NCBI GenBank assembly: GCA_965248755.1 | Contig: OZ252149.1 | Location: 1,760,001-1,824,000 of the forward strand | DNA from: Candidatus Latescibacterota bacterium | GTDB taxonomy: Bacteria > Latescibacterota > CBDEFO01 | DNA length: 64,000 nt | Direction: 5' to 3' | Part shown: in pieces, positions 27,501 through 38,258 of the stretch | Position numbering within the stretch: position 1 is the stretch's first letter | How the letters are laid out: each line of letters starts with the position of its first letter | Position numbers and translations under genes: made by a program | Notes under the pieces: model-generated | The model's database searches: none | Told to the model about the DNA's origin: nothing | Seen by the model: the letters and a program-made list of their open reading frames with translations, nothing else

Positions 27501-28754
27501 TTATTGCTTTTCCCTGTCCCCTAAGAGCGCCTTTGCTCTCTCTCTGGATTTCTCCAGAAGCGACGTCCCTCTATCCATCATAAAATCCGAAAGCCACAAC
27601 TCATCTTTGAAATTCTCAGCAGTATGATCTGATCCCAAAAAGTCTCCGCCCGGAGCCACAGCATCCATAACATCTAAAGATATCTTTTCCACATCTATAC
27701 CTCTTCTCATTCTCCTTGTAAAAGAGGCTATTTCGTCTGCCAATGCGATCAACTCAAGCGACCCAGTTAGCCCAGATTCCAAGACTGGCGTGCAGCAGAC
27801 CATATCGGCTCCGCTCAGTCCCGCCCAGAGACAGGATGACCAGAATTCCAGTACGGTGCGTTCGTCCAAAGCAGACGAATCGCTTCCGCCGGCAGCCACA
27901 AGTACGGGCAAATCGAGTCTCTTGGCCATCTGCACAAATCCCGAAGAAAGCAGAAGTGGCTCAGGCCCCCAGTAGGACAATAGACATGAAGACATGTCCA
28001 TAACCGACGGAAGTATTCCGATTACGAATGGAGAGCCCTCACGCTTCAACTGAGATACCACAAGACCGCTTAAACACTCCGCTAAAGCCACAGTCAACGT
28101 CCCTGCCAGGGTCACGGGGGCGTTCGACCCGCATATCGGGCTCGAGGCGTAGACCATCGGAACACTGTTACCGGCAGCCCACAGGACCTTCTCAAGTCCT
28201 TTTTGCGTATGAACAAAGGGAGAGGCCGGCTCGGCAAACAGAATCACTCCCCTGCCCCCTGTTACATCTGATATAACATCGACATCATCTACATTAAAAA
28301 GGAGGGGCTTTCGAGTATTGTCAGCTAGCTTCCTTACATCTGAAAGTCCCCCCACGCTCACAACAAAATCTATATTTTCGAGCCTATCTGCTACAATCGC
28401 TCCTTTTAATATATCTTCTTGTCTAACGGGTCTTTTCTCTTTTGTATATATATCCATGATATTAGCACAGTCCGTCCCCACACCAAAATATACGTCTTTA
28501 TTCCCTAATATAAGAGAACAATTACCATCTTTATCGTATAATTTGATCTTCCTGGGAGCAGATTCTATGGCCCTTTCAACCACATGCCCTGGAATCCTCA
28601 CTCTCATTTGGCCACAGGCTGACGCACCTGCTGATTTTAGAAGTTCCGCCGATTCCCCCTCGCACACATCCACTCCCGTCTTCTCCAACACCTCAAGCGC
28701 CGCTGAGTATATCCTCTCCGCATCGCGCTTTGACAAGACCGTATTTAACGTCAA
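27501..28754 (-). CDS. MttB-superfamily methyltransferase (non-pyrrolysine, divergent)
   Basis: LEVLEKTGV, AIESAP, GSNAPVTLAGTL, LESGLTGSLELIALADEI, PGGDFLGSDHT; no in-frame TAG. Confidence 0.8.
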   Translation of the reverse strand: MTLNTVLSKRDAERIYSAALEVLEKTGVDVCEGESAELLKSAGASACGQMRVRIPGHVVERAIESAPRKIKLYDKDGNCSLILGNKDVYFGVGTDCANIMDIYTKEKRPVRQEDILKGAIVADRLENIDFVVSVGGLSDVRKLADNTRKPLLFNVDDVDVISDVTGGRGVILFAEPASPFVHTQKGLEKVLWAAGNSVPMVYASSPICGSNAPVTLAGTLTVALAECLSGLVVSQLKREGSPFVIGILPSVMDMSSCLLSYWGPEPLLLSSGFVQMAKRLDLPVLVAAGGSDSSALDERTVLEFWSSCLWAGLSGADMVCCTPVLESGLTGSLELIALADEIASFTRRMRRGIDVEKISLDVMDAVAPGGDFLGSDHTAENFKDELWLSDFMMDRGTSLLEKSRERAKALLGDREKQ

Positions 28755-29134
28755 ATACCTGATCCCGGTTCTAATTATCTTCGTTCGTCCACCATTAGAA
28801 AGCCAAAGAGAATTTAGTATAGCGGTAAAGCTAAGTCAAGGAATTTTTCGTCACATCGGGCGTTCTTGCGCTCAGTCGAAATCTTAAAACAGGGACAAGA
28901 ACCAACAGCTTTTAAGATCGGATTATCCGAACTGTATTCCAAACTGAAACAAAAGATAGTTTACATTTTCCAACATATCTGTCACAATTGCACAGATTCT
29001 CTGATATGATCTAACCCTTAAATTCTATAACTCTATCACACAAAACCACTTTCCCGGGTCATTCAATTCTCAGCTGTAAGCCAACAGAGATGATCGAATA
29101 GTAATTGAATAGCCCTGTCCTTTTCAGAAATACC

Positions 29135-29163
29135 TTGACAATGATAGGGGTTTCTCTTATCTT
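29135..29163 (+). promoter_or_regulatory. sigma70-type promoter for parAB
   Basis: TTGACA-N17-TATCTT. Confidence 0.6.
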
Positions 29164-29221
29164 CACACAGAAATTATCAGCGGCACAGCGGCGACCTCAA
29201 TAACGTCGGCTTAACTCGTGC

Positions 29222-29992
29222 GTGTGGAAAGATAAAGTGGGAAGGATAATATGCATAGCTAACCAGAAAGGCGGAGTTGGTAAGACTACCACAGCAATTA
29301 ATCTAGCGGCCTGTCTTGCAGTCGCTGAGAAGAAGACCCTCCTTGTGGACTTAGACCCGCAGGCAAACGCCACAAGCGGCTGTGGGATAGACCCCGACAC
29401 AGTAAACAGAAGCATCTACGAAGTCCTTATAGATGAAACGCCACTATCGGAGATTATCAGAGGCCACGACATCCCTTTCCTCTTTATAGCTCCTTCACAC
29501 ATCAGCCTCACAGGAGCACAGGTCGAGATGGTCAACGCCAGCAGGACAACTCTCCAAAAGACGCTGCAAGACGTAAGGGACGACTATGCATACATAATAA
29601 TAGACCTTCCACCCTCTCTCGGTATATTGACGCTCAACGGACTTACAGCCGCGGACTCTGTCCTTATCCCTCTCCAGTGTGAGTACTACGCTTTAGAGGG
29701 TCTGGCCAAACTGCTTGAGACCATCGAGCTCGTCCAAAAGCACCTGAATAGAAAGCTCCAAGTGGAAGGAGTCCTCCTGACAATGTACGACTCACGGCTG
29801 AATCTCTCCCGACAGGTGGAACAGGAGGTCAGGAACCACTTCAAGGACAAGATTTACAAGACTGTTATAGACAGAAATGTGAGACTCGGAGAGGCGCCCA
29901 GCTTCGGAAAGCCTATAATACTCTACAGCATCGACTCCTCAGGCGCAAAGAACTATATAAGTTTGGCAAAAGAGATATTGAACAATGAATAG
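29222..29992 (+). CDS. parA: Chromosome partitioning ATPase ParA/Soj
   Basis: [42 protein letters not shown]. Confidence 0.96.
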   Translation: MWKDKVGRIICIANQKGGVGKTTTAINLAACLAVAEKKTLLVDLDPQANATSGCGIDPDTVNRSIYEVLIDETPLSEIIRGHDIPFLFIAPSHISLTGAQVEMVNASRTTLQKTLQDVRDDYAYIIIDLPPSLGILTLNGLTAADSVLIPLQCEYYALEGLAKLLETIELVQKHLNRKLQVEGVLLTMYDSRLNLSRQVEQEVRNHFKDKIYKTVIDRNVRLGEAPSFGKPIILYSIDSSGAKNYISLAKEILNNE

Positions 29993-30851
29993 AAAAGCTC
30001 TCGGAAGAGGCATAGGAGCCCTTATCCCCGAAATTGTAGAAGGAATTCCAGAGGTCAAGGGCAAAGATATAGCTAATTTGAAGGTGTCCCAGATCAGCCC
30101 GAATCCCTATCAACCCCGCGCAGACTTCGATCCCCAGGGTTTAGAGGAACTGAAAGAGTCCATACTCAAAAGGGGGGTCATCCAGCCCATCGTTGTAAGG
30201 CCCTTCGGGCAGGGCTATCAGTTGATAATGGGAGAAAGGAGGCTGAGAGCCACTCAAGATGCGGGGATAGATACCATCCCTGCCATCGTAGTAGAAGTCG
30301 CCCCTTTTGAAGATATGATGGAACTTTCGCTAATAGAGAATATACAGAGAGAGGATCTCAATCCAGTCGAAGAGGCTAAGGCATATCGGGCACTGATGCA
30401 GCAGTGCAACCTGACGCAGGAGGAGGTCTCAAGAAAGGTAGGAAAGGACCGATCCACAGTAGCAAATCTGCTTCGGCTCTTACGTCTTCCTATGGAAATC
30501 CAGGAAGCTATCTTGAGCGGCCAACTTTCGATGGGTCACGCAAGGGCAATCCTCTCCTTAAGCGACGAAGATGACCAGATCGAGCTGTTCCGAAAGACTA
30601 TTAAAGAAGAACTATCTGTCAGAAAAGTCGAACAGCTTTCCAAAGCCTGGTCGTCCGGGGCAAGGATTAAGAGGTTAAGACAAAGAAGGACCAAAGACCC
30701 CTTCCTCGTCTCCATTGAAGAGGAACTCCAAAGGCTAATCGGCACAGCCGTCAGAATATCCAAAAGGGGCAAAAAGGGAAAGATAGAGATCGAATTCTAT
30801 GGGGATAAGGATCTTGAAAGGGTTGTAGAGAAAATAAGAGGAGAAGCCTGA
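29985..30851 (+). CDS. parB: Chromosome partitioning protein ParB/Spo0J
   Basis: [33 protein letters not shown]. Confidence 0.96.
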   Translation: MNRKALGRGIGALIPEIVEGIPEVKGKDIANLKVSQISPNPYQPRADFDPQGLEELKESILKRGVIQPIVVRPFGQGYQLIMGERRLRATQDAGIDTIPAIVVEVAPFEDMMELSLIENIQREDLNPVEEAKAYRALMQQCNLTQEEVSRKVGKDRSTVANLLRLLRLPMEIQEAILSGQLSMGHARAILSLSDEDDQIELFRKTIKEELSVRKVEQLSKAWSSGARIKRLRQRRTKDPFLVSIEEELQRLIGTAVRISKRGKKGKIEIEFYGDKDLERVVEKIRGEA

Positions 30852-31111
30852 AGAACCGTTAAATACAGGGTCGAGGTTACCTTTCCTCTGTATTCTTTGA
30901 ACTCATGGGCAACCTTACTTATTGCTTCTGAAATGTCGCCCACCGTGTAGTGTTCATTGAATCCCCTGGTAATCATGTGATTTTATCATGTTATTTAAGG
31001 CCTCCTCCGTGGCGCGACACATTCCCTCTGGATATATGTAACCTGTCAACTGCTAGGAATTCTGCCAGGGCTTCAGGCCTTCGACCGTACTGTCACCTTC
31101 AGACATCTTAT

Positions 31112-32737
31112 CCCCCATTCGCCATATTAGACCCGAAAAATGGTTGTCAAAGTCGCCAGAACATGTTATATTACAATAAATAAGACTCATAAATGGCGGA
31201 TAAATATTGATCATCCAGAGGGTGAAAGAATGAAAGTAGGTTTTGATGGAGGAATAAAGCTTGAATTTCATGGTGCAAAGGTGACATCAAACGGTGGACT
31301 TCTTGCGTATCGTGACCTTGATTACGCACTGGGATTATTTGATTCGGTATCAGCGGTTTTTACCGATAAACGCACAGGCCGTAATATCCAACATGATATA
31401 TCTACTCTCCTGCGTCAATCGATATACAGCCGTCTTGCAGGATATGAAGATGTAAATGACGCCGAGCGATTATCCGTTGATCCCGTCATGCGAGCGATTA
31501 CCGGAAAGAAGGACAAAGGCAGGCAAGCTGCCAGCTCCAACACGATAGGACGTTTTGAAACTGATATACTGACTCAGCATGACAATCTCAGAAACTTGTC
31601 AGATATCAATGGCAAGTGGGTTCAAAAAGCGATGAGTAAAACACAGCATCAACGAATCATTCTGGACATGGACAGTTCGGAGAGTCCGGTACATGGCCAG
31701 CAGGAAGGATCAGCTTACAACGGTCATTTCGGATGTACCTGTTTTCATCCAGTGTTCTGCTTCAATCAGTTCGGGGATTGTGAAGGAGTCCTACTTCGCT
31801 CTGGTAATGTTCACAGTGCTGATCGTTGGAAGGAAGTTCTGGAACCGATCGTCAAGAGATACGAGAGCAAGAAGAATAGGAAATACTTTCGAGGCGATGC
31901 TGCATTCGCAAAGCCTGAGATTTATGATTATCTGGAGGGAAACGGCTATTTGTATGCCATTCGGCTTCCCGCAAATGAGATACTCTATGAAAAGATACGA
32001 TACCTGCTGACTCGGCCAGTTGGACGACCGCCGAGGAAACCGATTGTATCGTTATATGAATTTCAATATAAAGCGGCCAGTTGGGATCAATCGAGGCGAG
32101 TGGTCGCCAAGGTTGAATGGCACCAAGGGGAGTTATTCCCAAGAGTGGGATTTATCGTGACCAACATGAGCGCCAAGCCAGAAGGCGTGGTACACTTCTA
32201 CAATGGCCGTGGCAGAGCTGAGCAGTGGATTAAGGAGGGCAAGTATGCTCTGAACTGGACCCGACTCTCATGCAAGCGTTTCGTCTCCAATCAGGTGAGG
32301 CTCTGGCTGTTTGTTCTGGCTTACAACTTGGGCAACTTCCTGCGACGTTTTGTTCTTCCGAAGAAAATCAAACACTGGTCACTACGCAGCCTCCTCGTGA
32401 AATTTATCAAAATCGGAGCGAAGATTGTCAGACACAGCGGATATATTACGTTTCAAATGGCTGAGGTTGGGATAGACAAGAGGTTATTTGCCGAAATATT
32501 ATCCCGGATTGAACGATTGCGATGTTATTCTGTTTAAACTGCCACATTTTTTTGTGAGTCGATGGAGAGGTGTCTCTAATTGGAGGATTTAAACACAAAG
32601 AAAGTGATAATTCAGAGGAAAATACTATTTTAATTGAAAAAAGTACTTGTTGAAAAATGTAAAAGTGGTAATATTAATTCAGAAACAAGAATGTATCGAA
32701 ATATAATCCCTCATGAATGTGATATGGGGAATGTCGG
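31112..32737 (+). mobile_element. IS1380-family insertion sequence
   Basis: Imperfect terminal IRs CCCCCATTCGCCATAT (31112) and ATATGGGGAATGTCGG (32722-32737) enclose the transposase; no target duplication seen. Confidence 0.88.
31140..32537 (+). CDS. IS1380-family DDE transposase
   Basis: TSNGGLL, AGYEDVNDA, LDMDSS, FRGDAAF, YNGRGRAEQWIKEGK, AYNLGN. True start is probably about 31200-31230. Confidence 0.95.
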   Translation: MVVKVARTCYITINKTHKWRINIDHPEGERMKVGFDGGIKLEFHGAKVTSNGGLLAYRDLDYALGLFDSVSAVFTDKRTGRNIQHDISTLLRQSIYSRLAGYEDVNDAERLSVDPVMRAITGKKDKGRQAASSNTIGRFETDILTQHDNLRNLSDINGKWVQKAMSKTQHQRIILDMDSSESPVHGQQEGSAYNGHFGCTCFHPVFCFNQFGDCEGVLLRSGNVHSADRWKEVLEPIVKRYESKKNRKYFRGDAAFAKPEIYDYLEGNGYLYAIRLPANEILYEKIRYLLTRPVGRPPRKPIVSLYEFQYKAASWDQSRRVVAKVEWHQGELFPRVGFIVTNMSAKPEGVVHFYNGRGRAEQWIKEGKYALNWTRLSCKRFVSNQVRLWLFVLAYNLGNFLRRFVLPKKIKHWSLRSLLVKFIKIGAKIVRHSGYITFQMAEVGIDKRLFAEILSRIERLRCYSV

Positions 32738-32900
32738 TCAACATCTCACTGCTGCCTCCCCCGTACTTGAATATCACCTCATTGGGCTGATACTCCTTCT
32801 GCTGGCATACGCTCAGCACCAGCTTTGCCTCATCCACTGAGAGTTCCCCGAACATGGGGATCCTTCTTATCATGTTCAGCACTTTGAAGTCGGTTGCCAT
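32738..32900 (-). pseudogene. Cyclic-nucleotide-binding domain gene truncated by IS1380
   Basis: AAGGAGG RBS, then MATDFKVLNMIRRIPMFGELS...YQPNEVIFKYG..SSEML, which runs into the IS end. Confidence 0.75.
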
Positions 32901-33290
32901 GTCTTATCCTCCTTCACGTAACGGAAGGCTCTTCTCCCAAAACAGTAACGTGAACCCCAAAACATCAAAACTGGACAGATGGCTTAGCAAGTTTTTAGAA
33001 TCATGCAAGAGCTCAAAATGAGTCTCCACGGGGGCTGTTATGTCAAATAAACCTTCTATCTTTACAGATGTACATTAGAAATAAGTTGTCTTGCACCACT
33101 CGATTTGGTAGAATAGGTATGCCCACCAACAGAAAGGTAAGACTGTCAAGTCGGGTAGTCTGTGCAACCAACGCGAAAAACTTGCTTTACTTGTCCAATT
33201 ACGTGCTCAGAAAAACGGGTTCAGTTCATTCCCGCTCTTCCATTCCTATCGCCAAACTTTTTGTCTAAAATGTCCTGCACGATCATAAGT

Positions 33291-33896
33291 TTAATTTCTA
33301 TCCTGTCTCACTAAAAAAAAGTAACTTATGTGGACTTTTAAGGCGGAGGCGATCTTACGTAAAGTAGAAATTGAAGCTGAACTGTCTCCCAATTCGATCT
33401 TGGATATTAGGCTTAGCGATAGCCCTGTCCTGTTTGCCAACTGCTTGATCGTTAACCCTTTTTCCTGCCTTAAAGCTCGAATCCTTTGTCCTATCTCTGA
33501 TGCTAACTTTTCGTCAGGATCAATTTCCAGGCCCCTCTCAGCCAGAGCCTTTTGAATAACATCTAAAAGTTCTGGCATCCTGAATGGTTTCGTAATGTAA
33601 TCAGTAACGCCCAGCTTCATCGTGGTGACAGCCGATTCCGTACTCGGGTAACCCGTCACTACGATTACAGACACATCCGAGTCGAACTTCCTTATGTCTA
33701 CAAGGAGATCATCACCTGTTATTGCGGGCATTTTTAGATCCAGAAGTACCACGTGATGCATCCCACTTTTAAGTTTGTCCATCGCCCTTTTGGGATCAGT
33801 GACACTTTCAACATCAAAACCCTCTTGAGTAAGGTAATGACTAAGCGAATCGCTAAATTCTTTGTCGTCGTCAATTATCAGTGTTTTAATCTTCAT
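33291..33896 (-). CDS. Response regulator with C-terminal XRE HTH
   Basis: IIDDD, LLDLKMP, TKPF; IGQRIRALRQEKGLTIKQLA...SKIE. Confidence 0.9.
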   Translation of the reverse strand: MKIKTLIIDDDKEFSDSLSHYLTQEGFDVESVTDPKRAMDKLKSGMHHVVLLDLKMPAITGDDLLVDIRKFDSDVSVIVVTGYPSTESAVTTMKLGVTDYITKPFRMPELLDVIQKALAERGLEIDPDEKLASEIGQRIRALRQEKGLTIKQLANRTGLSLSLISKIELGDSSASISTLRKIASALKVHISYFFLVRQDRN

Positions 33897-34104
33897 CTTA
33901 GCTTTAGTTCAATTCATGCTGAAGTTTTTGTCAGCACATCTTCAAGTTCTGACAGTTTAAAGGTTTTGTACAGTATCGCGTAAAAGCCTATTCCCCTTGC
34001 CGCTGTCCTCTTAGTAAAAAGCAATTAGGATCAAGCACTTGTCGATAAAAAGTTTCAACTATTGTTTTATGATATGACGTGAACCCCAAACTGGACAGGG
34101 TCTT

Positions 34105-34243
34105 AATATACGACGATGCCGACTCTTTGTCAACCTTTTTCAAATCATAACATATATATTCTACAATTATTTAGTATGAATAAACTATTCTATAAATACT
34201 ATATAAAAAGAAAGCCCGCCATTTCTGACGGACTGTGTGTTTG
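34105..34243 (-). repeat. Terminator + AT-rich + sigma70 promoter module, copy 1
   Basis: Shares ATTCTATAAATACTATATAAAAAGAAAGCCYGCCATTTCTGACG with 46339-46486; minus-strand hairpin plus U-tract, then TTGACA-N17-TATATT. Confidence 0.7.
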
Positions 34244-34288
34244 AGTATCGCCGACTCTTTTACATTTAGAGACTCTTTACCTACAGGA

Positions 34289-36424
34289 TCATTCACTCGT
34301 TCCCATTATCACCTCGCGTAATGTCTTGCTCAGTTCTTCGACCTTATATGGTTTGGCAACAAAACTGCTGAAACCATATTGCCTGAAATTGGCTAATACC
34401 GGATCGTTAGAATAACCGCTCGATACAATGGCCTTAACCTCAGGGTCTATTTCAAGCAGCTTCCTGATGGCTTCTTTTCCCCCGATACCGCCAGGCACAG
34501 TTAAATCCATAATAACTGCATCAAAGGGCTGTCCTGATTTCTGGGCCTGCTTGTAAAGCTTGATAGCTGCGGCGCCATCTTCGGCAAACTGTGCCTCATA
34601 TCCAAAATGAGTCAGTATCTGGCTGAGGGACTCTCTGATGTCTTCCTCATCGTCCATGATCAAAATCTTGCCCTTGCCGGCAAGGGGTTTTTCCTCTACA
34701 TCTTCCTTTATCTGGATTTCTTTTGAGGTAGCGGGGAGATAGATATGGAAGGTGGTTCTAACTCCCAACTCGGATTCTACACTTATGTACCCATCGTGGT
34801 TCGTAACTATGGAATAGGAAGTCGTAAGACCAAGGCCGCTGCCCTCCTGTTTAGTCGTGAAAAAGGGATCGAATATCTTATCAAGATGCTCCTGGGCTAT
34901 ACCGATCCCCTGATCTGCAACGCATGTTTTTATGTATTTTCCCTCCTGCAAAGGGAGAGCGCCTTTTGCTCCTACGGTAACATTTTCAGCACGCATCTTA
35001 ATTGTCCCGCCGTGGGGCATTGCCTGGTCAGCGTTGATAATCAAATTGTTGATGACCTGACTTATCTGTCCTTCATCAACTTCAACCGCCAAAAGACCGT
35101 CAGGGAAGGAGAATTCGCACTTAACATTGGAGCCTCTCAAGGCAAAGCCGACTGAATCTTTTATTAATTCTGAGATAGAGATCGTCTCCTTAATCGGCGC
35201 TCCGCCGCTGGAAAAGGTGAGCAATTGCTGGGTCAAGTCCTTTGCCTTTATGGACACTTTCTCTATCGTAGTCAATACCTCAGAGATTTCATCTTCCGAT
35301 TTTGCATACTTTGCAAGGGAGACATTGACCAAAATCGTAGCTAGAACATTATTAAAGTCGTGTGCAATTCCCGCTGCTACGTGTCCTAAAACATTGAGCC
35401 TTTCCATCCGGACTATCTGCTCTTGCGCCTCCTGCAATTTTCGATAGGAGTGATCTAAATCCAGGCTCATCCGGCTCAGTTCCTGATTGGCTCTCTGCAC
35501 AAGAGTAAAAATGTCCTGCCTGGAGCCTATGTCTCGACCTAAAATCTGAGCTATCTCCTCAACTTTTTCTGTGGCCTTTGAAGTTATCTCCTTTAGGTCG
35601 TCTTCGGACATCTTGAATCTATCTTTTAGCTTTTCTATCTTATCGAAGGATCCAACTGTCCAGATCTTTCCGGAACAGGCATTGGATACGTTATCAGCCA
35701 AAGCGACCAAAGAGGTCATAAGCTGTTCCCGTCCGTTCTTCTTTGTATCTAAATCTGGCGGGGTGTGATGCAGCCAGGCAACTCCGATCAGATGATCGGG
35801 CAGTCTCCACTTTTCCATAATCCACTTCCCCACCAGACCGTGGTCAACTCCGATTGTGCGCCTTTCCGCCTCAGGAGAGTCGATTCTCTCCTTGATAGAT
35901 AGTTCGAGCGCACACCCAAATCTGTCAGGGACCTGCACATCCAGAATTAGTTTCCCTATATCGTGAAGCAAACCGGCTACGAACACTTCATCGGAAAAGT
36001 CGAAACAGAGCCTTTCTGCTATGTCCTGGGATAAAACAGCGCAGGACAAGGAGTGTCGCCAGAACTCCTTGATGTCTAACTTGGAGTTTTCCAGCGATTC
36101 CAAAGTGTCTATCAAAGAGATGCTCAACACGATGCTCTTGAGCTTATTAAATCCCAGGGTAACTATGGCATCTTTAACTGTGGATACGGCTTTGGGCCTT
36201 CCGTAGTGAGCGGAGTTGGCAACCATGAGAACTTTAGCTGTCAGAGATGGATCCTGTTCCACAAGTTCTGCGACATCCTGGATGCTGGACCTCTCATCGA
36301 GCACCCTGTTCATTATCTCCACCACCACCGAAGGCAGTGTGGGAAGACCATCCAGTTTCTCTATGGCTTCTTTTATCTTTACCCTGTCAGAATCCCTTGA
36401 ATTGACCATCCTTTTATCGCCCAA
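34289..36424 (-). CDS. HDOD-domain hybrid histidine kinase with receiver
   Basis: HDOD (LPTLP, DPSL, FWRHS, LLHDIGK, DH), H-box IAHDFNN, FDPFFTTK..GSGLGL, C-terminal REC. Confidence 0.92.
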   Translation of the reverse strand: MGDKRMVNSRDSDRVKIKEAIEKLDGLPTLPSVVVEIMNRVLDERSSIQDVAELVEQDPSLTAKVLMVANSAHYGRPKAVSTVKDAIVTLGFNKLKSIVLSISLIDTLESLENSKLDIKEFWRHSLSCAVLSQDIAERLCFDFSDEVFVAGLLHDIGKLILDVQVPDRFGCALELSIKERIDSPEAERRTIGVDHGLVGKWIMEKWRLPDHLIGVAWLHHTPPDLDTKKNGREQLMTSLVALADNVSNACSGKIWTVGSFDKIEKLKDRFKMSEDDLKEITSKATEKVEEIAQILGRDIGSRQDIFTLVQRANQELSRMSLDLDHSYRKLQEAQEQIVRMERLNVLGHVAAGIAHDFNNVLATILVNVSLAKYAKSEDEISEVLTTIEKVSIKAKDLTQQLLTFSSGGAPIKETISISELIKDSVGFALRGSNVKCEFSFPDGLLAVEVDEGQISQVINNLIINADQAMPHGGTIKMRAENVTVGAKGALPLQEGKYIKTCVADQGIGIAQEHLDKIFDPFFTTKQEGSGLGLTTSYSIVTNHDGYISVESELGVRTTFHIYLPATSKEIQIKEDVEEKPLAGKGKILIMDDEEDIRESLSQILTHFGYEAQFAEDGAAAIKLYKQAQKSGQPFDAVIMDLTVPGGIGGKEAIRKLLEIDPEVKAIVSSGYSNDPVLANFRQYGFSSFVAKPYKVEELSKTLREVIMGTSE

Positions 36425-36490
36425 GATTTACGCCAGCCAGGGTAGGTAGGAAGTCCTGTACACTGTCTGCCCTTTTTTTCTCCTTATTAG

Positions 36491-36719
36491 CCTGAATAAT
36501 TCACAAAAAACGCCGTGCATTAATTAAGGGATTGTATTATATTATAGTTATGTCGTTTAACCGCCTTCGGTGTCATTGCGAGCCGAAGGCGAAGCAATCT
36601 CGATTCTGTGGTAGATGTAATACTCTCCGGCTCTCATAAGGAGACCACTATAAAACCTTGAGATTGCTTCGTCGCTTTGCTCCTCGCAATGACTCCAGCA
36701 AGTTTATGAATTAATCGGA
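36491..36719. mobile_element. MITE copy 2 (inverted relative to copy 1)
   Basis: Flanked by TTAG direct repeats (36487-36490, 36720-36723); reverse complement of 3981-4229 but lacking the ~20-nt hairpin insert. Confidence 0.85.
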
Positions 36720-37757
36720 TTAGTACCCTTCAAGGGGTAAGGATATGGTTTTCTTCTCATCGGCTGCGCGGAACACAGCCTCTGTGAACTCCATGTACTT
36801 CAATCCATCGTAAAATGAGGGCCACACAGGCTTTCCATCTCTGATCGCGGCGATGAAATCGGCCTCGACCTTTCTTAGCCCTTCTTCGGGGATGGGTATC
36901 GTCGAAACTTCCTCTTGATCGGATTTTGCTCCGAATATCTGACAGTTGGAAAGATCATAGATCAAAGTCCCGTCAGAGCCGTAGACCTCTACCTTCTCGT
37001 CAGGCCTCGACATCCCGCTGAAGTGGTATTCGATCAAGGCTCCGTTTTCCATCTCGCCTACAACGGCCACGCTGTCGGGTCTATCGACCTTTCTCATCTG
37101 GTTTGAACCTTCAACCCTTCTGTGGGTTATGAAATGCTTTGCCACGGCGGCTACGCTCTTACAATGACCGAACCAACTGTGTATCTTCTCTGCGTACATG
37201 CCCACATCGAGCGTGTTTAAGCCTGATATCTCATCCATCTGTCTCCAGTGGAGCGGCTTGTCCGGATCGGCGTACGCCGAATTCATCGACGTAACCACTA
37301 TATTGTAGGGTTTTCCGACGAATCCCGCATCGACTAACTCCTTCATCTTAGCGTCTCCCGCATTGTCCCCTGGGTCCGCTGGACAGAGCATCGTCACGCG
37401 GTCTGATTCTAACGATCTTTTGTACATCCTCAACGCTTCTTCGACGTTCATGGCCATTCTGGCCTGACAGAAGACGTGCTTGTTCGCGTCTAATGCTGCT
37501 ATTGTAGCCTCGCAGTGCAGATAGGGCGGAGTTGCAATTATCACGGCGTCCAGATCGTCCATCGCGATAATGTCTCTCCAATCTGTCACCGCCCTTGGGA
37601 TGTTCAGCTCCCGGGCCGTCGTCTCAACTTTTTCCTTTGTCCTGTTGCAGACGGCGATGACCTCCACGCCCTCAATTTGCTTTAAGGCGGGAAAGTGTCT
37701 TCTCTTGAATATGCCTCCAGCTCCGATAACTCCTATCTTGATAGTGTTCTGATTCAT
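36720..37757 (-). CDS. Gfo/Idh/MocA-family oxidoreductase
   Basis: IGVIGAGG, IATPPYLH, HVFCQARMA, YGSDG. Confidence 0.88.
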   Translation of the reverse strand: MNQNTIKIGVIGAGGIFKRRHFPALKQIEGVEVIAVCNRTKEKVETTARELNIPRAVTDWRDIIAMDDLDAVIIATPPYLHCEATIAALDANKHVFCQARMAMNVEEALRMYKRSLESDRVTMLCPADPGDNAGDAKMKELVDAGFVGKPYNIVVTSMNSAYADPDKPLHWRQMDEISGLNTLDVGMYAEKIHSWFGHCKSVAAVAKHFITHRRVEGSNQMRKVDRPDSVAVVGEMENGALIEYHFSGMSRPDEKVEVYGSDGTLIYDLSNCQIFGAKSDQEEVSTIPIPEEGLRKVEADFIAAIRDGKPVWPSFYDGLKYMEFTEAVFRAADEKKTISLPLEGY

Positions 37758-37830
37758 TTTTCTCCCTGTGATCTATGAGAGCACTTAAAGCCCTCGTAAG
37801 ACTATCTCGTTTTGTTGCAGAGACGCTCAT

Positions 37831-37901
37831 ATAGGGGTGAACCCATGTGTTCGCCAATTTACCTAACTTTTTTCGGGCAGACACACGAGTCTGCCCCTAC
37901 A
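37831..37901. repeat. REP-like palindromic doublet
   Basis: ATAGGGGTGAACCCATGTGTTCGCC...GGGCAGACACACGAGTCTGCCCCTAC; a related half-unit lies at 48693-48716. Confidence 0.7.
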
Positions 37902-37937
37902 GATCTGTCTGTACGTTTCCCAATTCTAAAAGGACCG

Positions 37938-38258
37938 TCAGCCGTTTTGCATGTCAGCTACGAGTTTCTTGAATTCTTCGCGCAGTTGGGGCGTAATCAC
38001 AGCGTCTCGAGACGGAAGGCGTGAATGGCCGGCTTTAAGCCCTGCGGCTTCCATCGCCGGACGTACAAAGACCCCTTCGCCGCCGGTTTGGGATGCGAAC
38101 TCGCCTCTAAGCTTTTTCCATGGGATCTCGAAACGATCGAGTTCTGCCTGTGCTTCTTCGTACTTTCTTTCCTTTAGATAGTCTATCACGCGCCAGTAAG
38201 GTTCGGGACAGAAGTTAGGAGTGTGGCTTATGTAGGTCCGAACGCCAAGGATACAGGC
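37938..38258 (-). pseudogene. C-terminal remnant of a DHDPS/DapA-family protein
   Basis: ACILGVRTYISHTPNFCPE...RPAMEAAGLKAGHSRLP; the N-terminal two thirds are missing. Confidence 0.6.

Noticed and set aside
27501..28754. Pyrrolysine-containing trimethylamine methyltransferase or global TAG recoding
   Set aside because: No in-frame TAG in this gene, and conserved genes such as murD, msrP and amt end at TAG at their expected C-termini.
28760..29220. oriC or parS next to parAB
   Set aside because: No clear TTATCCACA cluster or TGTTTCACGTGAAACA palindrome seen.
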